Assembly: GCA_038890615.1 (NCBI GenBank)
Contig: JAWAFI010000001.1
Coordinates: forward strand, 494,629-558,628
Reading direction: 5' to 3'
Length of the DNA: 64,000 nt
DNA from: Candidatus Anstonellales archaeon
GTDB lineage: Archaea; Micrarchaeota; Micrarchaeia; Anstonellales; J096
A model generated the notes under the pieces. The model did not search any database. It saw nothing but the letters and a program-made list of their open reading frames with translations, and was not told the DNA's origin. Position numbers and translations under genes: made by a program. The number at the start of each line of letters is the position of its first letter. The first letter of the stretch is position 1. Positions 18,485-27,920 of this stretch are shown here, piece by piece.

Positions 18485-19548
18485 CCTTCTAATTTCCACC
18501 GTTTTTCCTTGAGCCATTCCTTACCGAGCCTTACTATCAGCGCGTGGAATTCCTTGTAGAGCTTAGCATTGCGCGGCAGGGCAGATACGAAGAGCCATGC
18601 GTAGTCATCATAGGTTTTTCTCTTTATGCCATGCACCTCAAGCATCCTCCTTGTATAAGCATCAACAACAAAGTACGGCTTTCCATAAGCATACAAGAGG
18701 ATGGAGTCAGCAGTCTCAGGCCCAACCCCTTCCAGGGCAAGGAGCTCTTCCCTTCCTGCGCTTCTCCTATGCGCTAGGAAAAACCTTGCTATCTTTTTTA
18801 TCCGCTTTGCTTTCTGCCTGTAGTAGCCAGAGCTTCTTATTGCTTCCTCTACTGCTTTTAGCTTAGCATTTGCAAGCTTTTCAGGCCTCAGCAGGTCAAC
18901 TCTTTTTAGCTCTGCTATCGCCTTTTCTACATTGGACCATGCAGTATTCTGTGTTAGAATTGCCCCAACCATCACCTCAAACCTTGTTTTTGCAGGCCAC
19001 CATCCCTGAGGGCCATAATAGGAAAAAAGAACCTTGTAAGCATTCCTAACAAAGGCCTTTTCTCGCACGCTTTCTTTCAGCTCTTTGCTCCAATCAACCT
19101 TTTCGCCCCTGCCTGCCTTGAACATTTTAATCACTTTTTTTGCTGCTTCCTTTGCGCTTATTCCTGTAGTGTCAACCTCAATCGCTTTTGCATAATTCTG
19201 CTTTGCTTTAAGAAAGCAGTAGTCAAGCATCTCTGCTTCAACGTTGATCTCAACCTTTTTAACGCTGTAGCCCCTTTCCCTAAGCCTTCTCCTGAGTTCA
19301 TCAGGATGGCACCTCAATACAACAGCTGTTTTTTCCCCAAAGTTGGCTTCGCACAAAACATGCCCTTCCTTGACACCTTCAAGCCTCTTCATTGATTTCC
19401 TAAGGGCTTCTACGCTAACCTCCCCTTTTTTGATAAGCCCTGCTTTTTTTGCAACATCTGCGCTGCTTATGTAACTTTGCCCAAGGGCCTTTGCAACCTC
19501 TTTTGTCACTGAGGTTTTACCTGTCCCAACTGAGCCGGTTATTATCAT
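18457..19548 (-). CDS. Fusion of Fap7/AK6-type adenylate kinase and HhH-GPD endonuclease III-like domain
   Basis: N-half GSVGTGKTS, EGH, LRCHPDELRRRLRERGY; C-half WWPAKTRFEVMVGAILTQNT, LEGVGPETADSILLY, VVDAYTRR. Confidence 0.88.
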   Translation of the reverse strand: MIITGSVGTGKTSVTKEVAKALGQSYISSADVAKKAGLIKKGEVSVEALRKSMKRLEGVKEGHVLCEANFGEKTAVVLRCHPDELRRRLRERGYSVKKVEINVEAEMLDYCFLKAKQNYAKAIEVDTTGISAKEAAKKVIKMFKAGRGEKVDWSKELKESVREKAFVRNAYKVLFSYYGPQGWWPAKTRFEVMVGAILTQNTAWSNVEKAIAELKRVDLLRPEKLANAKLKAVEEAIRSSGYYRQKAKRIKKIARFFLAHRRSAGREELLALEGVGPETADSILLYAYGKPYFVVDAYTRRMLEVHGIKRKTYDDYAWLFVSALPRNAKLYKEFHALIVRLGKEWLKEKRWKLEGYPLASLLP

Positions 19549-19865
19549 ATGAACCTTGTCCCGCAAGAAGGGCATTGGGTTAGGTAGGCCTCGCTCCTGT
19601 AGCCGCAGATAGGGCATACATAAATGCTCCTTGTCTTGTACCTTTCTGCTGCGAAATCATACTTGCACTTCTTGCACCTTTCTGCATCAAGCTCATTCAG
19701 CTCCTTGCAGTTTGGGCACCTCAATTTGAACATAGTGCTTATATGCGTTCCGCACTTTGGGCACCTTTTCATGTCCAATGTTATTGCTGTGCCGCAATCA
19801 GGGCATTTGTAGGTCTTGCCCTTTTTTGGCAGAATAAAATCAAATAGACCTTCTAAAAGCCCCAT
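19545..19865 (-). CDS. Multi zinc-ribbon protein
   Basis: Six CxxC motifs (three ribbons). Confidence 0.85.
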   Translation of the reverse strand: MGLLEGLFDFILPKKGKTYKCPDCGTAITLDMKRCPKCGTHISTMFKLRCPNCKELNELDAERCKKCKYDFAAERYKTRSIYVCPICGYRSEAYLTQCPSCGTRFI

Positions 19866-20856
19866 AAAGCGCTCCTAAAAGTATGAATGCAGCCCCGCAG
19901 GCAGGCGATGTGCCTTCAGTAGAGCTTGTTCCCCCACTAGTACCTGTTCCGCTACCCCCTCCACTGCCTCCTGTGCTTCCTGTGCCCCCATTGCCTGTGC
20001 CTCCTCCTATTATGCCACCAATCCCTTGGCACTTTTCATTATAAGAAGCAACTGCATTGCTTAGTGTTGAAAAATCAGACTCCTGCACTGTGCCTGCCTT
20101 TATCCTTGTCCTTATCTCGCTTTCCAAAGAGGAATCGAATTGATTGTTGCAATCCTGCTGCTTTGTCTGCATTATGCTCTCAAAGCGCTGCCAGTTGCCA
20201 ACGCAGGCATCAACTTCACTGCTGTAAGTGGCAAGCCTACCTTCTATGTTGGTAACTGCAGAGAATCCCTCTTGAAGCTTGCATTGGGCAACCATGTCTT
20301 CTATGTTTATAAGCTCTGCCTTTATGCCATCAAGGTGGTCGAGTGCATTGCATTCTTTGTTTTTGCCCTTCTGCTCTATCTTTGAGATCTCACCCCTTGC
20401 TTTTGCAACCTTCTGGAGTATCTGCTGCTCAAGCGCTGTTGCCCAGTGCTCAAAACTTAAGGAGAATGTTTTTAGATACTGATACTGCCCTTCCTCAACT
20501 TTAAGCTGTATCAAGTCTGAGCTGTAAGTGCCATTGCCTTTCCCTCCAAGCTTCAGTGGAAGAACTAGGTTGCATGTTTTTCCTGAAGCCCCTACTGTGC
20601 AGAGGAGCTTGTATTCCCCCCATTCTTCCAAGTAAGTATCGTATAGCCGGTAATACACAGGAGTTGACTTCCCAGGAGAGCTGAACTGGAGCCCAACATC
20701 TATTGTTGCAGGCCCTCCGTTGTCAGCGCAGTTGTTCACCAATGCATTTCCAGTGCCGCCGCTTGTCCCAAGTATTTTCAAAGTTACCTCCATTGGGAAC
20801 CCTGTTTGGGAATAAGCCAAAGAGAACAAAAGAACCAAGGCAAGCATTTTTTTCAT
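19840..20856 (-). CDS. Secreted surface protein with G/S/T linker and CGP-CTERM-like anchor
   Basis: Signal peptide MKKMLALVLLFSLAYS; GGTGNGGTGSTGGSGGG linker; CGAAFILLGALYGAFRR tail. Confidence 0.8.
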   Translation of the reverse strand: MKKMLALVLLFSLAYSQTGFPMEVTLKILGTSGGTGNALVNNCADNGGPATIDVGLQFSSPGKSTPVYYRLYDTYLEEWGEYKLLCTVGASGKTCNLVLPLKLGGKGNGTYSSDLIQLKVEEGQYQYLKTFSLSFEHWATALEQQILQKVAKARGEISKIEQKGKNKECNALDHLDGIKAELINIEDMVAQCKLQEGFSAVTNIEGRLATYSSEVDACVGNWQRFESIMQTKQQDCNNQFDSSLESEIRTRIKAGTVQESDFSTLSNAVASYNEKCQGIGGIIGGGTGNGGTGSTGGSGGGSGTGTSGGTSSTEGTSPACGAAFILLGALYGAFRRSI

Positions 20857-20889
20857 GCGTATTATTAAAAAAAGAGTATTAAATAGCTT

Positions 20890-21498
20890 ATGCTTGCAGC
20901 GCTTTTTTCAGGAGGCAAGGACAGCACGCTTGCAGCGATATGGGCAACAATGCAGGGCTTTGATGTCACGCTAATTACTATAAAGCCAAAGCCTTACTCA
21001 ATGCTTTTCCACCATCCAAACCTCCATCTAACTCCTATCCAGGCGAAACTCATGGGGCTTAAGCACAAGTTTGTTGCTTCCAAAGGGAAGGATGAAGAAG
21101 CCCTTAAGAAAGCACTGAAAGGCTTTGAAGGGGTTGTTTCAGGAGCAATAGAAAGCGAGTACCAGCGCAGGATAATAGAGGAAATTGCAGAAGGGCTTGG
21201 AATTCCTTCCTATGCTCCTCTCTGGCACAAGGGCGTCCTTGAAGACGTGAGTAGCCACATGGAGGCTTATGTTTCTGCAGTAAGCGCAGATGGCTTAGGC
21301 AAGGAATGCCTAGCAAAAAAGTTTCCAGTGAATAGCCTTCCCAAAGGGGTCCACCCTGCGTTTGAAGGAGGGGAAGGGGAAACCTTAGTATGCTATGCGC
21401 CCTTGTTTTCAAAGCGCATAGTGGTTGGCAAGTGGAGGATAGAGTGGGATGGCATAAGGGGGGTTGCCTCTGCTGAAAAGTGGCATCTTCTGCCTTAG
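20890..21498 (+). CDS. Diphthine--ammonia ligase (Dph6/MJ0570 family)
   Basis: SGGKDS, MLFHHPN, GAIESEYQ, APLW, EGGEGET. Confidence 0.9.
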   Translation: MLAALFSGGKDSTLAAIWATMQGFDVTLITIKPKPYSMLFHHPNLHLTPIQAKLMGLKHKFVASKGKDEEALKKALKGFEGVVSGAIESEYQRRIIEEIAEGLGIPSYAPLWHKGVLEDVSSHMEAYVSAVSADGLGKECLAKKFPVNSLPKGVHPAFEGGEGETLVCYAPLFSKRIVVGKWRIEWDGIRGVASAEKWHLLP

Positions 21499-21565
21499 CC
21501 AGAAAAATCTTTTGTGGAAAAAGTTAAAAGATATGTTTTTAAAAAGAAGGAACGAGTTTATACAC

Positions 21566-23035
21566 ATGGAGCAAGCTAGCAAGGATGAGAAAAGGCAAAC
21601 CACAAAGCCCTCAGCCAAGAGCTTTTTTAAAAAGGCGAAGAAGGTTGCTGCGGTTGCCATGTTTTCCTCGTTTATTTTGAGCTTTGCTTCCTTTAGTTGC
21701 TTAAATTATTTATTGCATGAGGACAGGGCCGGGAAAAAAAGGTACGAAAGGATAGTCGCTGAAAGAGAGAAAAGATTGGACGAAAAATGGTTTGCAGAGA
21801 TCAGCGAAGGCAGGATTCCAAAAGAGCTTGCAAAGGCAAGCATAGAGATTGATGAAGTTGGGCAAAGGTACCAGCTTGAGGGCATAATAAAGTCCTACAC
21901 AAGCTCTGTTGACCTGAAAAATGCTGAGTCGCCGGAGATCTTTATAGAGCTAAAAGAAAAAGGGGAAACAAAGCTTGTTACGCTTAAGGATGCCAAAGAG
22001 ATGGAGGGCTCCATTAACGCAAGGTTGGAAGCACAGATAGAGGAAACCCGCTCATTGTTGGGCTACATTAAAAAATTAAAGGAAGAAGGGAAATACAAAG
22101 AAGCAGAAGAGGCCTTTGTAAGGCTTTCAGATTACCAGAAGGAGATCGACAAAAATGTTGAGGAATTAAAAAAATTTGAATATATATACAACCAATTCCT
22201 GAAGGTCTTTGACGCTTTGGATTTGCTTTTCTCCACTCCGTGCAGCTTTATGGATGGGTTATCATGGGGGCATTTTGTTATCGCAAGGTCTCCGAAGTTT
22301 GTGCTAAGCTTTGATGAAGAAAAAGATGAGCTTACAGGAAAGTTTAGGACTGCCTCTGCGCATGAAAACGAGGTTATAAGGATAAACATAAAATTCTTTG
22401 AGGAGAAGTCGGATGAGCCCTTTAATCTTGCATCTGTAATCGTTCACGAAGCAGCCCACCTATATTTCGACTACGGCCAAATAAATGAGAAGAAGCACCC
22501 TTATTCAGCGCTTGCAAAAACAAAGCTGAAAATATTAGAATGGGACCTAAACCTTTTCGGAGGGCTATACAATCTTTTTGGAAATAAGGAAATCTCAGAT
22601 AGAACCGAAGAAGCTTATTCAAGCATCCTTTCTGAGTCAAAAAGGATTGATGAGGACAGCTCTGTTTTGGTAAGCGCCAGGTACATGGAGATGCGTACAA
22701 CCTACATAGAAAAGCTTTTCTTCAGGGATTTTACAAAGAACTATGAAATTCCTCCTGAAAAGCTTGATTGCCTGTTTGCTTACGAAAAAATTCGCTATCC
22801 TGTGCACAAGAAGAAGGAAGCAGATTTTCTGATTTTCCTGAATTCATTGGAAGAAATTAGGGGTCTTTCTTTTTTGGCTGCTCTGAATTTTTGCTTCCTA
22901 TGGATTTTCATTTTAGCGGCTGAGCGCGTAAACAGCTTCTACCAATTAATAAAAGAGCTTATGGGCGCTGGAAAATCTGGGATTAAGCAGAGTGGCAACT
23001 CTCTTGAAGAGAAGTCAAAGGAGCAAGGGCCATAA
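21566..23035 (+). CDS. Membrane-anchored hypothetical protein with HEXXH zinc-peptidase motif
   Basis: TM helices near both termini; LASVIVHEAAHL; downstream Glu (TEE). Confidence 0.65.
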   Translation: MEQASKDEKRQTTKPSAKSFFKKAKKVAAVAMFSSFILSFASFSCLNYLLHEDRAGKKRYERIVAEREKRLDEKWFAEISEGRIPKELAKASIEIDEVGQRYQLEGIIKSYTSSVDLKNAESPEIFIELKEKGETKLVTLKDAKEMEGSINARLEAQIEETRSLLGYIKKLKEEGKYKEAEEAFVRLSDYQKEIDKNVEELKKFEYIYNQFLKVFDALDLLFSTPCSFMDGLSWGHFVIARSPKFVLSFDEEKDELTGKFRTASAHENEVIRINIKFFEEKSDEPFNLASVIVHEAAHLYFDYGQINEKKHPYSALAKTKLKILEWDLNLFGGLYNLFGNKEISDRTEEAYSSILSESKRIDEDSSVLVSARYMEMRTTYIEKLFFRDFTKNYEIPPEKLDCLFAYEKIRYPVHKKKEADFLIFLNSLEEIRGLSFLAALNFCFLWIFILAAERVNSFYQLIKELMGAGKSGIKQSGNSLEEKSKEQGP

Positions 23036-23072
23036 GGGAGGTAAAGCAATAAATCCCTTTGCATAGTATATT

Positions 23073-23624
23073 ATGGCGCTCAGGTTCCTTGCTGATGAGA
23101 TGCTCAAGAAATTGGCCAAGTGGCTTAGGGTTTTTGGGGTTAATATAGAATATGATTTTGTAGTTGGAAAAACTGATAGGGAGATCATAGAATACGCTAG
23201 GAAGAAAAGATTAATATTTCTTACAAAGGACATGAGGCTGGAGCCCTCTCTTAGGAAAAGAAAGATAAGGCATTTTCTAGTCCACTTCAATGATATAGAT
23301 GACCAGATTGCAGATGTGCTCAGTGCCTTTGGCATAAAGCCTGACTTAAATAAGACAAGGTGCCCGTTCTGCAATGGCATTTTGTACATTACCAAAAAAG
23401 CAAGGGAATCAGAGGCGCCAGCAGGTGTTAGAAAGAAGAGGAGAAAGTTTTGGAGATGCAGGAAATGCAAAAAGGTTTATTGGAAAGGGGGGCACTGGAA
23501 AAACATAGAAAGGAGGATAAGGAAGGTGCGCACAAGATTAGCCACCAACAGCCTCAAACCTTCTGAGCCCAAAGTTCCACATGAGCGCAAGGAGCAAGGT
23601 GCTAAGCAGGGCCATCACAGCTGA
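23073..23624 (+). CDS. Mut7-C RNase (PIN-fold) domain protein
   Basis: RFLADEMLKKLAKWLR, LTKD, RCPFCNG, CRKCKKVYWKGGHW. Confidence 0.93.
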   Translation: MALRFLADEMLKKLAKWLRVFGVNIEYDFVVGKTDREIIEYARKKRLIFLTKDMRLEPSLRKRKIRHFLVHFNDIDDQIADVLSAFGIKPDLNKTRCPFCNGILYITKKARESEAPAGVRKKRRKFWRCRKCKKVYWKGGHWKNIERRIRKVRTRLATNSLKPSEPKVPHERKEQGAKQGHHS

Positions 23625-24308
23625 TGGAAGAAGGGGGCCGCAGTCATTGCTTATGAGCGCTTCAACAGGCAGCGCAGCAACAAAGGCAATCGGTATTATG
23701 AAAGAGAAGAGCACCTGGAATGCTCCCTTGAGGTCGCCAAGGGGCATGTTGCCATACCTAACGAGCGCCCATCCAACCCTCATCAGCGGCTTTGCGACCT
23801 TGTCAAATACAAGGTAAGTGGCAAGCATTATATTTAGCAGGTTGAACATTATTAAAGCGCCAAGGAGTATCATTACTAAAAAGCAGGCAGTAATCTCCAC
23901 TCCTGTGTAGGCGGCGAATGAAAATAGCGCAATCGCGTTAAGCATAAACTGTATTATTCCATAAGGAAACAGGTTCAGGCCGTACATGTAGAAAAGCGGG
24001 TGCAGTGGCTTTGTAAGAATGTTTGAAAGCAGCTTCCTACCTTCCTTCTCAAACCATATCCATATGTCCCAGTATCCCAGCGCATCCATAAATGCAAACA
24101 TCATGCTGTAGGACATTGAAAGAATGGTCAGGTATTCAAAGCTCCACCCTGAAAGAAGGTTTTTTCCCCCTCCTGTGACAACATACCACATCGCAGGTGT
24201 TATGAAAACCCCTATAAGAAGGGTCATTACAGAGTAAACAAGCTCTATGCGGTACTGTTCATACCTTTTCAGGGAATTCAAAAGGAAACGGTAGGCTATT
24301 TTAATCAT
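23538..24308 (-). CDS. ABC-2 type transporter permease
   Basis: Six TM; ILTKPLHP; GLRRFEAVGG; operon with ATPase. Confidence 0.88.
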   Translation of the reverse strand: MIKIAYRFLLNSLKRYEQYRIELVYSVMTLLIGVFITPAMWYVVTGGGKNLLSGWSFEYLTILSMSYSMMFAFMDALGYWDIWIWFEKEGRKLLSNILTKPLHPLFYMYGLNLFPYGIIQFMLNAIALFSFAAYTGVEITACFLVMILLGALIMFNLLNIMLATYLVFDKVAKPLMRVGWALVRYGNMPLGDLKGAFQVLFSFIIPIAFVAALPVEALISNDCGPLLPSAVMALLSTLLLALMWNFGLRRFEAVGG

Positions 24309-25046
24309 TTATCCACCCTGCGCCTCAAACACTTTCCATCCTTTATTGTGGAGCACAAAGCCTGCAGAGCCTATAACTAAGCTCCATGCCGCCAGGGCAA
24401 CGTAGGACTCTACCGGGAGATACCCATGGAGAACTGCCTCAACCAAAAAGAAGCCCTTGTGCACAAAAGGGGTTAGTGAAAGGATGCCAAGCATTGCAGG
24501 GGCTGCGAGATATAGCGGGAACATCCTCCCTCCAGTGAGGAGGTCGCTGAACCAGACAACGACCCTTATGCCCCATGTTGTGTGCGTGAAGAAGGTAAAA
24601 CCGCTTATGAGATATGCCAACGAAGCCTCAAGCATCAATGCAAAAGGCACTGAGACAATAAGCACAGGTATACTTACCCATATGCCTAGCATGTGGAGCG
24701 CTAAAATTCCAACTGCAGCTCCGCTCAGGTAGGGGAGTGCCATTTCACCCAAATCATAGGAAAGCCTGAAAAGGAAAGCGTCAACAGGCTTGGCAAACTG
24801 CACATCCCAACCTTTCCTAATTGCTGTCTGATAGTTGGAGCTTATGGTGTTGTATATGTCCCCTGTAGGGAGAAGCAGGTTGACCACTATGAAGTATGGA
24901 AGGAAGTCGCTACTCGTAAGAAGCCTCCATATTGCGTAAAGAACAACTATGCTTATTAAATAGTAAAGCAGGTCACCCACTATACCTTCTCTGTACTCAA
25001 GGTTTTCCTTAACACCCGCTATGAAAGCCCCTATATACCTTCTCAT
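24309..25046 (-). CDS. ABC-2 type transporter permease
   Basis: LEYR, KPVD, GGRMFPL, FEAQGG. Confidence 0.88.
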   Translation of the reverse strand: MRRYIGAFIAGVKENLEYREGIVGDLLYYLISIVVLYAIWRLLTSSDFLPYFIVVNLLLPTGDIYNTISSNYQTAIRKGWDVQFAKPVDAFLFRLSYDLGEMALPYLSGAAVGILALHMLGIWVSIPVLIVSVPFALMLEASLAYLISGFTFFTHTTWGIRVVVWFSDLLTGGRMFPLYLAAPAMLGILSLTPFVHKGFFLVEAVLHGYLPVESYVALAAWSLVIGSAGFVLHNKGWKVFEAQGG

Positions 25047-26011
25047 CTGTTACCCTTGTATATCTTTTTCACAATCTCCTCAAGCTCTGGCTCCCTTACG
25101 CTTAACGACTTCAGCTCATATGCTTTCATTAGCATGTTTAAAGCATCAATCTCCCTTGTTTTTTGCACCTTCCCTGCCACAACATGCCCATTTAGCCTCA
25201 GTCCATACTTTTTTCCAAGCTTAAGTGCTGCCTTGCTGTCTTTTTGCGAGAGCGTTACTGCCTCTATGTCAACGGTGTTCTCAAATTTTCTCTTCAGTTC
25301 TTTTGTTGGCCCATCCCAAACAATTGAGCCTTCCTTTAGCACTATGCTCCTTTTGCACATGAGCTCTATCTCGCTAAGGTTGTGGGTGGTCATGATTATG
25401 GTAACCCCTTCCCTTCTGTTTATGCTTAAGAGGAAGTCCTGCACAGACTCCTTGACAACTGCATCAAGCCCTATTGTTGGCTCATCAAGGAAAACTACCT
25501 TGGGCTTGTGGAGGAAAATACACCCAATCTCTGCCCTCATCCTCTGCCCGAGCGAAAGCTTTCTTACTGGAACTTCATAGAGCTCATCAAGCCCGAGCAT
25601 CTTGCCGAAGAACTTTACCCTTTGGTCAAATAAAGAGTCGCTCAACCCGTAGATGTCCTTCATAAGCAGGTACGAATCAATTACTTTTATGTCAAAAACA
25701 AGGTTTGAGCGGTTGCCGAAGAGGACCCCTATGCGCCTCAGGTATTCTGCCTTTCTCTTCCAAGGTATTTCACCAAGCACCTTTGCTTCCCCTGCATCAG
25801 CAACAAGAACCCCTGAAAGGATTTTGACAAGCGTTGTTTTTCCAGAGCCGTTGGCGCCTATGAGGCCCACGAACTCCCCCTTTTCAACAGAGAAGCTTAT
25901 GCCCTTGAGCGCCTCCATCTTCTTCCATCTGTTGAACAAGCCCAACAATCCTTGCTTGCCTGATGGGACGTTGTAGTATTTTCTTAGCCCTCTTATGTTA
26001 ATTACTTGCAT
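25043..26011 (-). CDS. ABC transporter ATP-binding protein
   Basis: GANGSGKTT, LSLGQ, FLDEPTIGLD. Confidence 0.96.
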   Translation of the reverse strand: MQVINIRGLRKYYNVPSGKQGLLGLFNRWKKMEALKGISFSVEKGEFVGLIGANGSGKTTLVKILSGVLVADAGEAKVLGEIPWKRKAEYLRRIGVLFGNRSNLVFDIKVIDSYLLMKDIYGLSDSLFDQRVKFFGKMLGLDELYEVPVRKLSLGQRMRAEIGCIFLHKPKVVFLDEPTIGLDAVVKESVQDFLLSINRREGVTIIMTTHNLSEIELMCKRSIVLKEGSIVWDGPTKELKRKFENTVDIEAVTLSQKDSKAALKLGKKYGLRLNGHVVAGKVQKTREIDALNMLMKAYELKSLSVREPELEEIVKKIYKGNR

Positions 26012-26057
26012 TAACATACTTCATAGCAAATATTAATATTCTTTGCCACTTAGTTTT

Positions 26058-26366
26058 ATGAAGCATTCTATTGTTTATATAACCACGGATTCTGAAAAGG
26101 AGGCAGAGAAAATAGCAAAGCTCCTTTTGCGCAGAAGGCTTATTGCGTGCGCCAACATCTTCCCTTGCAAGAGCTTCTTCTGGTGGAACAATAGGATCGC
26201 CAAGCAGAAGGAGTTTATTTTGATATGCAAAACAGAGAATTCCAAGCTTAGTCGAATAAGGGAAGAGGTTAAGAAGGCCCACAACTATGAAATACCTTGC
26301 ATCTCAGCAATAGGTTTTTATCCAAACAAAGAGTATGGGCAGTGGCTTGAAAAGCAGCTCAAATAA
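26058..26366 (+). CDS. cutA: Divalent-cation tolerance protein CutA
   Basis: LIACANIFP, HNYEIPCI. Confidence 0.93.
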   Translation: MKHSIVYITTDSEKEAEKIAKLLLRRRLIACANIFPCKSFFWWNNRIAKQKEFILICKTENSKLSRIREEVKKAHNYEIPCISAIGFYPNKEYGQWLEKQLK

Positions 26367-27294
26367 GCTTTCTTTCTAAAGTGCTGTCCTTCCTTTGCAG
26401 AAGCACAACCCTTGAGGGCTCGTGCTCATCAACAACCCTGTAACTGCTTAGCATCTCAAGCTTCTGCGCCCATTCCCTTACTTCGCTGTGCTCCGGGGAA
26501 TTATCCCTTCTTAGCCTTTCCCTTGATTGGCCCAAGACCATGTAGGATTTTACTTCAACAAAATCAGCCCTGCTCATATCCACCAGCTTTGCGAATTCAT
26601 CTATGTAAGCATCATTCCATCCTTTTATCAATGTTATCCTTATCACCCTGCGCACAGGAAGCTCAATTGAAAGGGTTTTAAGCAGCCTCTGCCAGCCATC
26701 AGGGTATACAGAGCGGTTTATAAGCTTGAAAAGTTTTTCATTTGGTGCGCTTAGCGATATGTAAAGCTGGGAAGGCATCTCCTCAAGCTTTGCAAGCTTT
26801 TCCGGCTCCATTCCGTTTGTAACTACAAAGATTGTTTTTGCCCCCCTTCGCTTGAGCTCCTTTATCAGCGCCCCGAGCTTTGAGTAGAGAAGGGGCTCTC
26901 CAGAAAGGCTTATTGCCCAGTGCTCAGGGAACTCACAGTAAGCTTCTTTGAAAATTTTTTCATTCGTATCTTTGTTGCCACCATACCCAGAAAGAAGGTT
27001 CTTCCTTCCTGCAAGGGCTCCTTCTATAATGACATCCGGCTCATCCTCCTCAAACTCGCTTAGCTTCATCCACTCCATTGGCCGCCAGCAGTAGATGCAG
27101 TTGTTTTGGCAATATGCAACAGCAGGGCTAATCTCAGCGCACCTATGGCTTTTTATATTATAGAATTTCTGCTTGTAGCAATAGCCTTTCCCTGTTATGG
27201 CTTTCTTTGTCCAGAGGCACACGCTTACCCCGCTGCTTTTCCCTATTAGCCTGTATATGCTTTGGAATTTCTTCCTTGTTCGCTCATCCATCAT
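26359..27294 (-). CDS. taw1: 4-demethylwyosine synthase (radical SAM)
   Basis: CYKQKFYNIKSHRC, CQNNCIYCWRP, AISLSGEP. Confidence 0.95.
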   Translation of the reverse strand: MMDERTRKKFQSIYRLIGKSSGVSVCLWTKKAITGKGYCYKQKFYNIKSHRCAEISPAVAYCQNNCIYCWRPMEWMKLSEFEEDEPDVIIEGALAGRKNLLSGYGGNKDTNEKIFKEAYCEFPEHWAISLSGEPLLYSKLGALIKELKRRGAKTIFVVTNGMEPEKLAKLEEMPSQLYISLSAPNEKLFKLINRSVYPDGWQRLLKTLSIELPVRRVIRITLIKGWNDAYIDEFAKLVDMSRADFVEVKSYMVLGQSRERLRRDNSPEHSEVREWAQKLEMLSSYRVVDEHEPSRVVLLQRKDSTLERKLI

Positions 27295-27920
27295 AGCTTC
27301 CTGAATTTCACTTCTATCTTGCTTCCAACATCTATTATTGCGCACCTTAGCTTCATTGCAGGGGGTAGGTTCACGCAAAGCGTTTCGCCGACCTTTTTCT
27401 TTCCCTCAATCTCGTGCACGTGGCCGAAGAGCGCAAGGCTGGGCTTCCTTAGGTCTATTATCTTGCGCACGCTCCTGCTGCCAGCATGAATGTCATCTAC
27501 CTCATCAAGCACCCCAAATGGAGGGCTGTGGAGCACTAGGATGCTTTCCTCGCTTATGGGCAGGTTCTTCATCTGCCTGTATATCTCCTCTTCACTTAGC
27601 TCCCCTACGGTGTTGTAAGGCGTTGGGCTTGAATAGCCGAACCCAACGAAGCTTAAGCCCTTAATCTTCATTTCCTTGTTGTGGAGCAGTGCATTATGGC
27701 GCTTTGCGATCTCAAGTATTGCAGGAGGGTCGTTGTTGCCAGGCACGAATAAGCAGTTTTCTGCTGTTTCAAAGAACTCCTCCGCGAAATCAGGAGGCCC
27801 GTTGTTTGTTAAGTCACCGCATACTACAGCGTAATCGTAGTCTTTTCCTGCCTTCCATCTGCCAATTCTCTTTATGACTTGCTCCTCTGCATGTATGTCT
27901 GCAAGGGCAAGTAGCTTCAT
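27291..27920 (-). CDS. Calcineurin-like metallophosphoesterase
   Basis: ADIH, GD, GNND, HSPP, GHVHE. Confidence 0.93.
   Translation of the reverse strand: MKLLALADIHAEEQVIKRIGRWKAGKDYDYAVVCGDLTNNGPPDFAEEFFETAENCLFVPGNNDPPAILEIAKRHNALLHNKEMKIKGLSFVGFGYSSPTPYNTVGELSEEEIYRQMKNLPISEESILVLHSPPFGVLDEVDDIHAGSRSVRKIIDLRKPSLALFGHVHEIEGKKKVGETLCVNLPPAMKLRCAIIDVGSKIEVKFRKL

Noticed and set aside
19925..20025. C/T-rich low-complexity tract as a non-coding repeat
   Set aside because: Encodes the Gly/Ser/Thr linker of the surface protein on the minus strand
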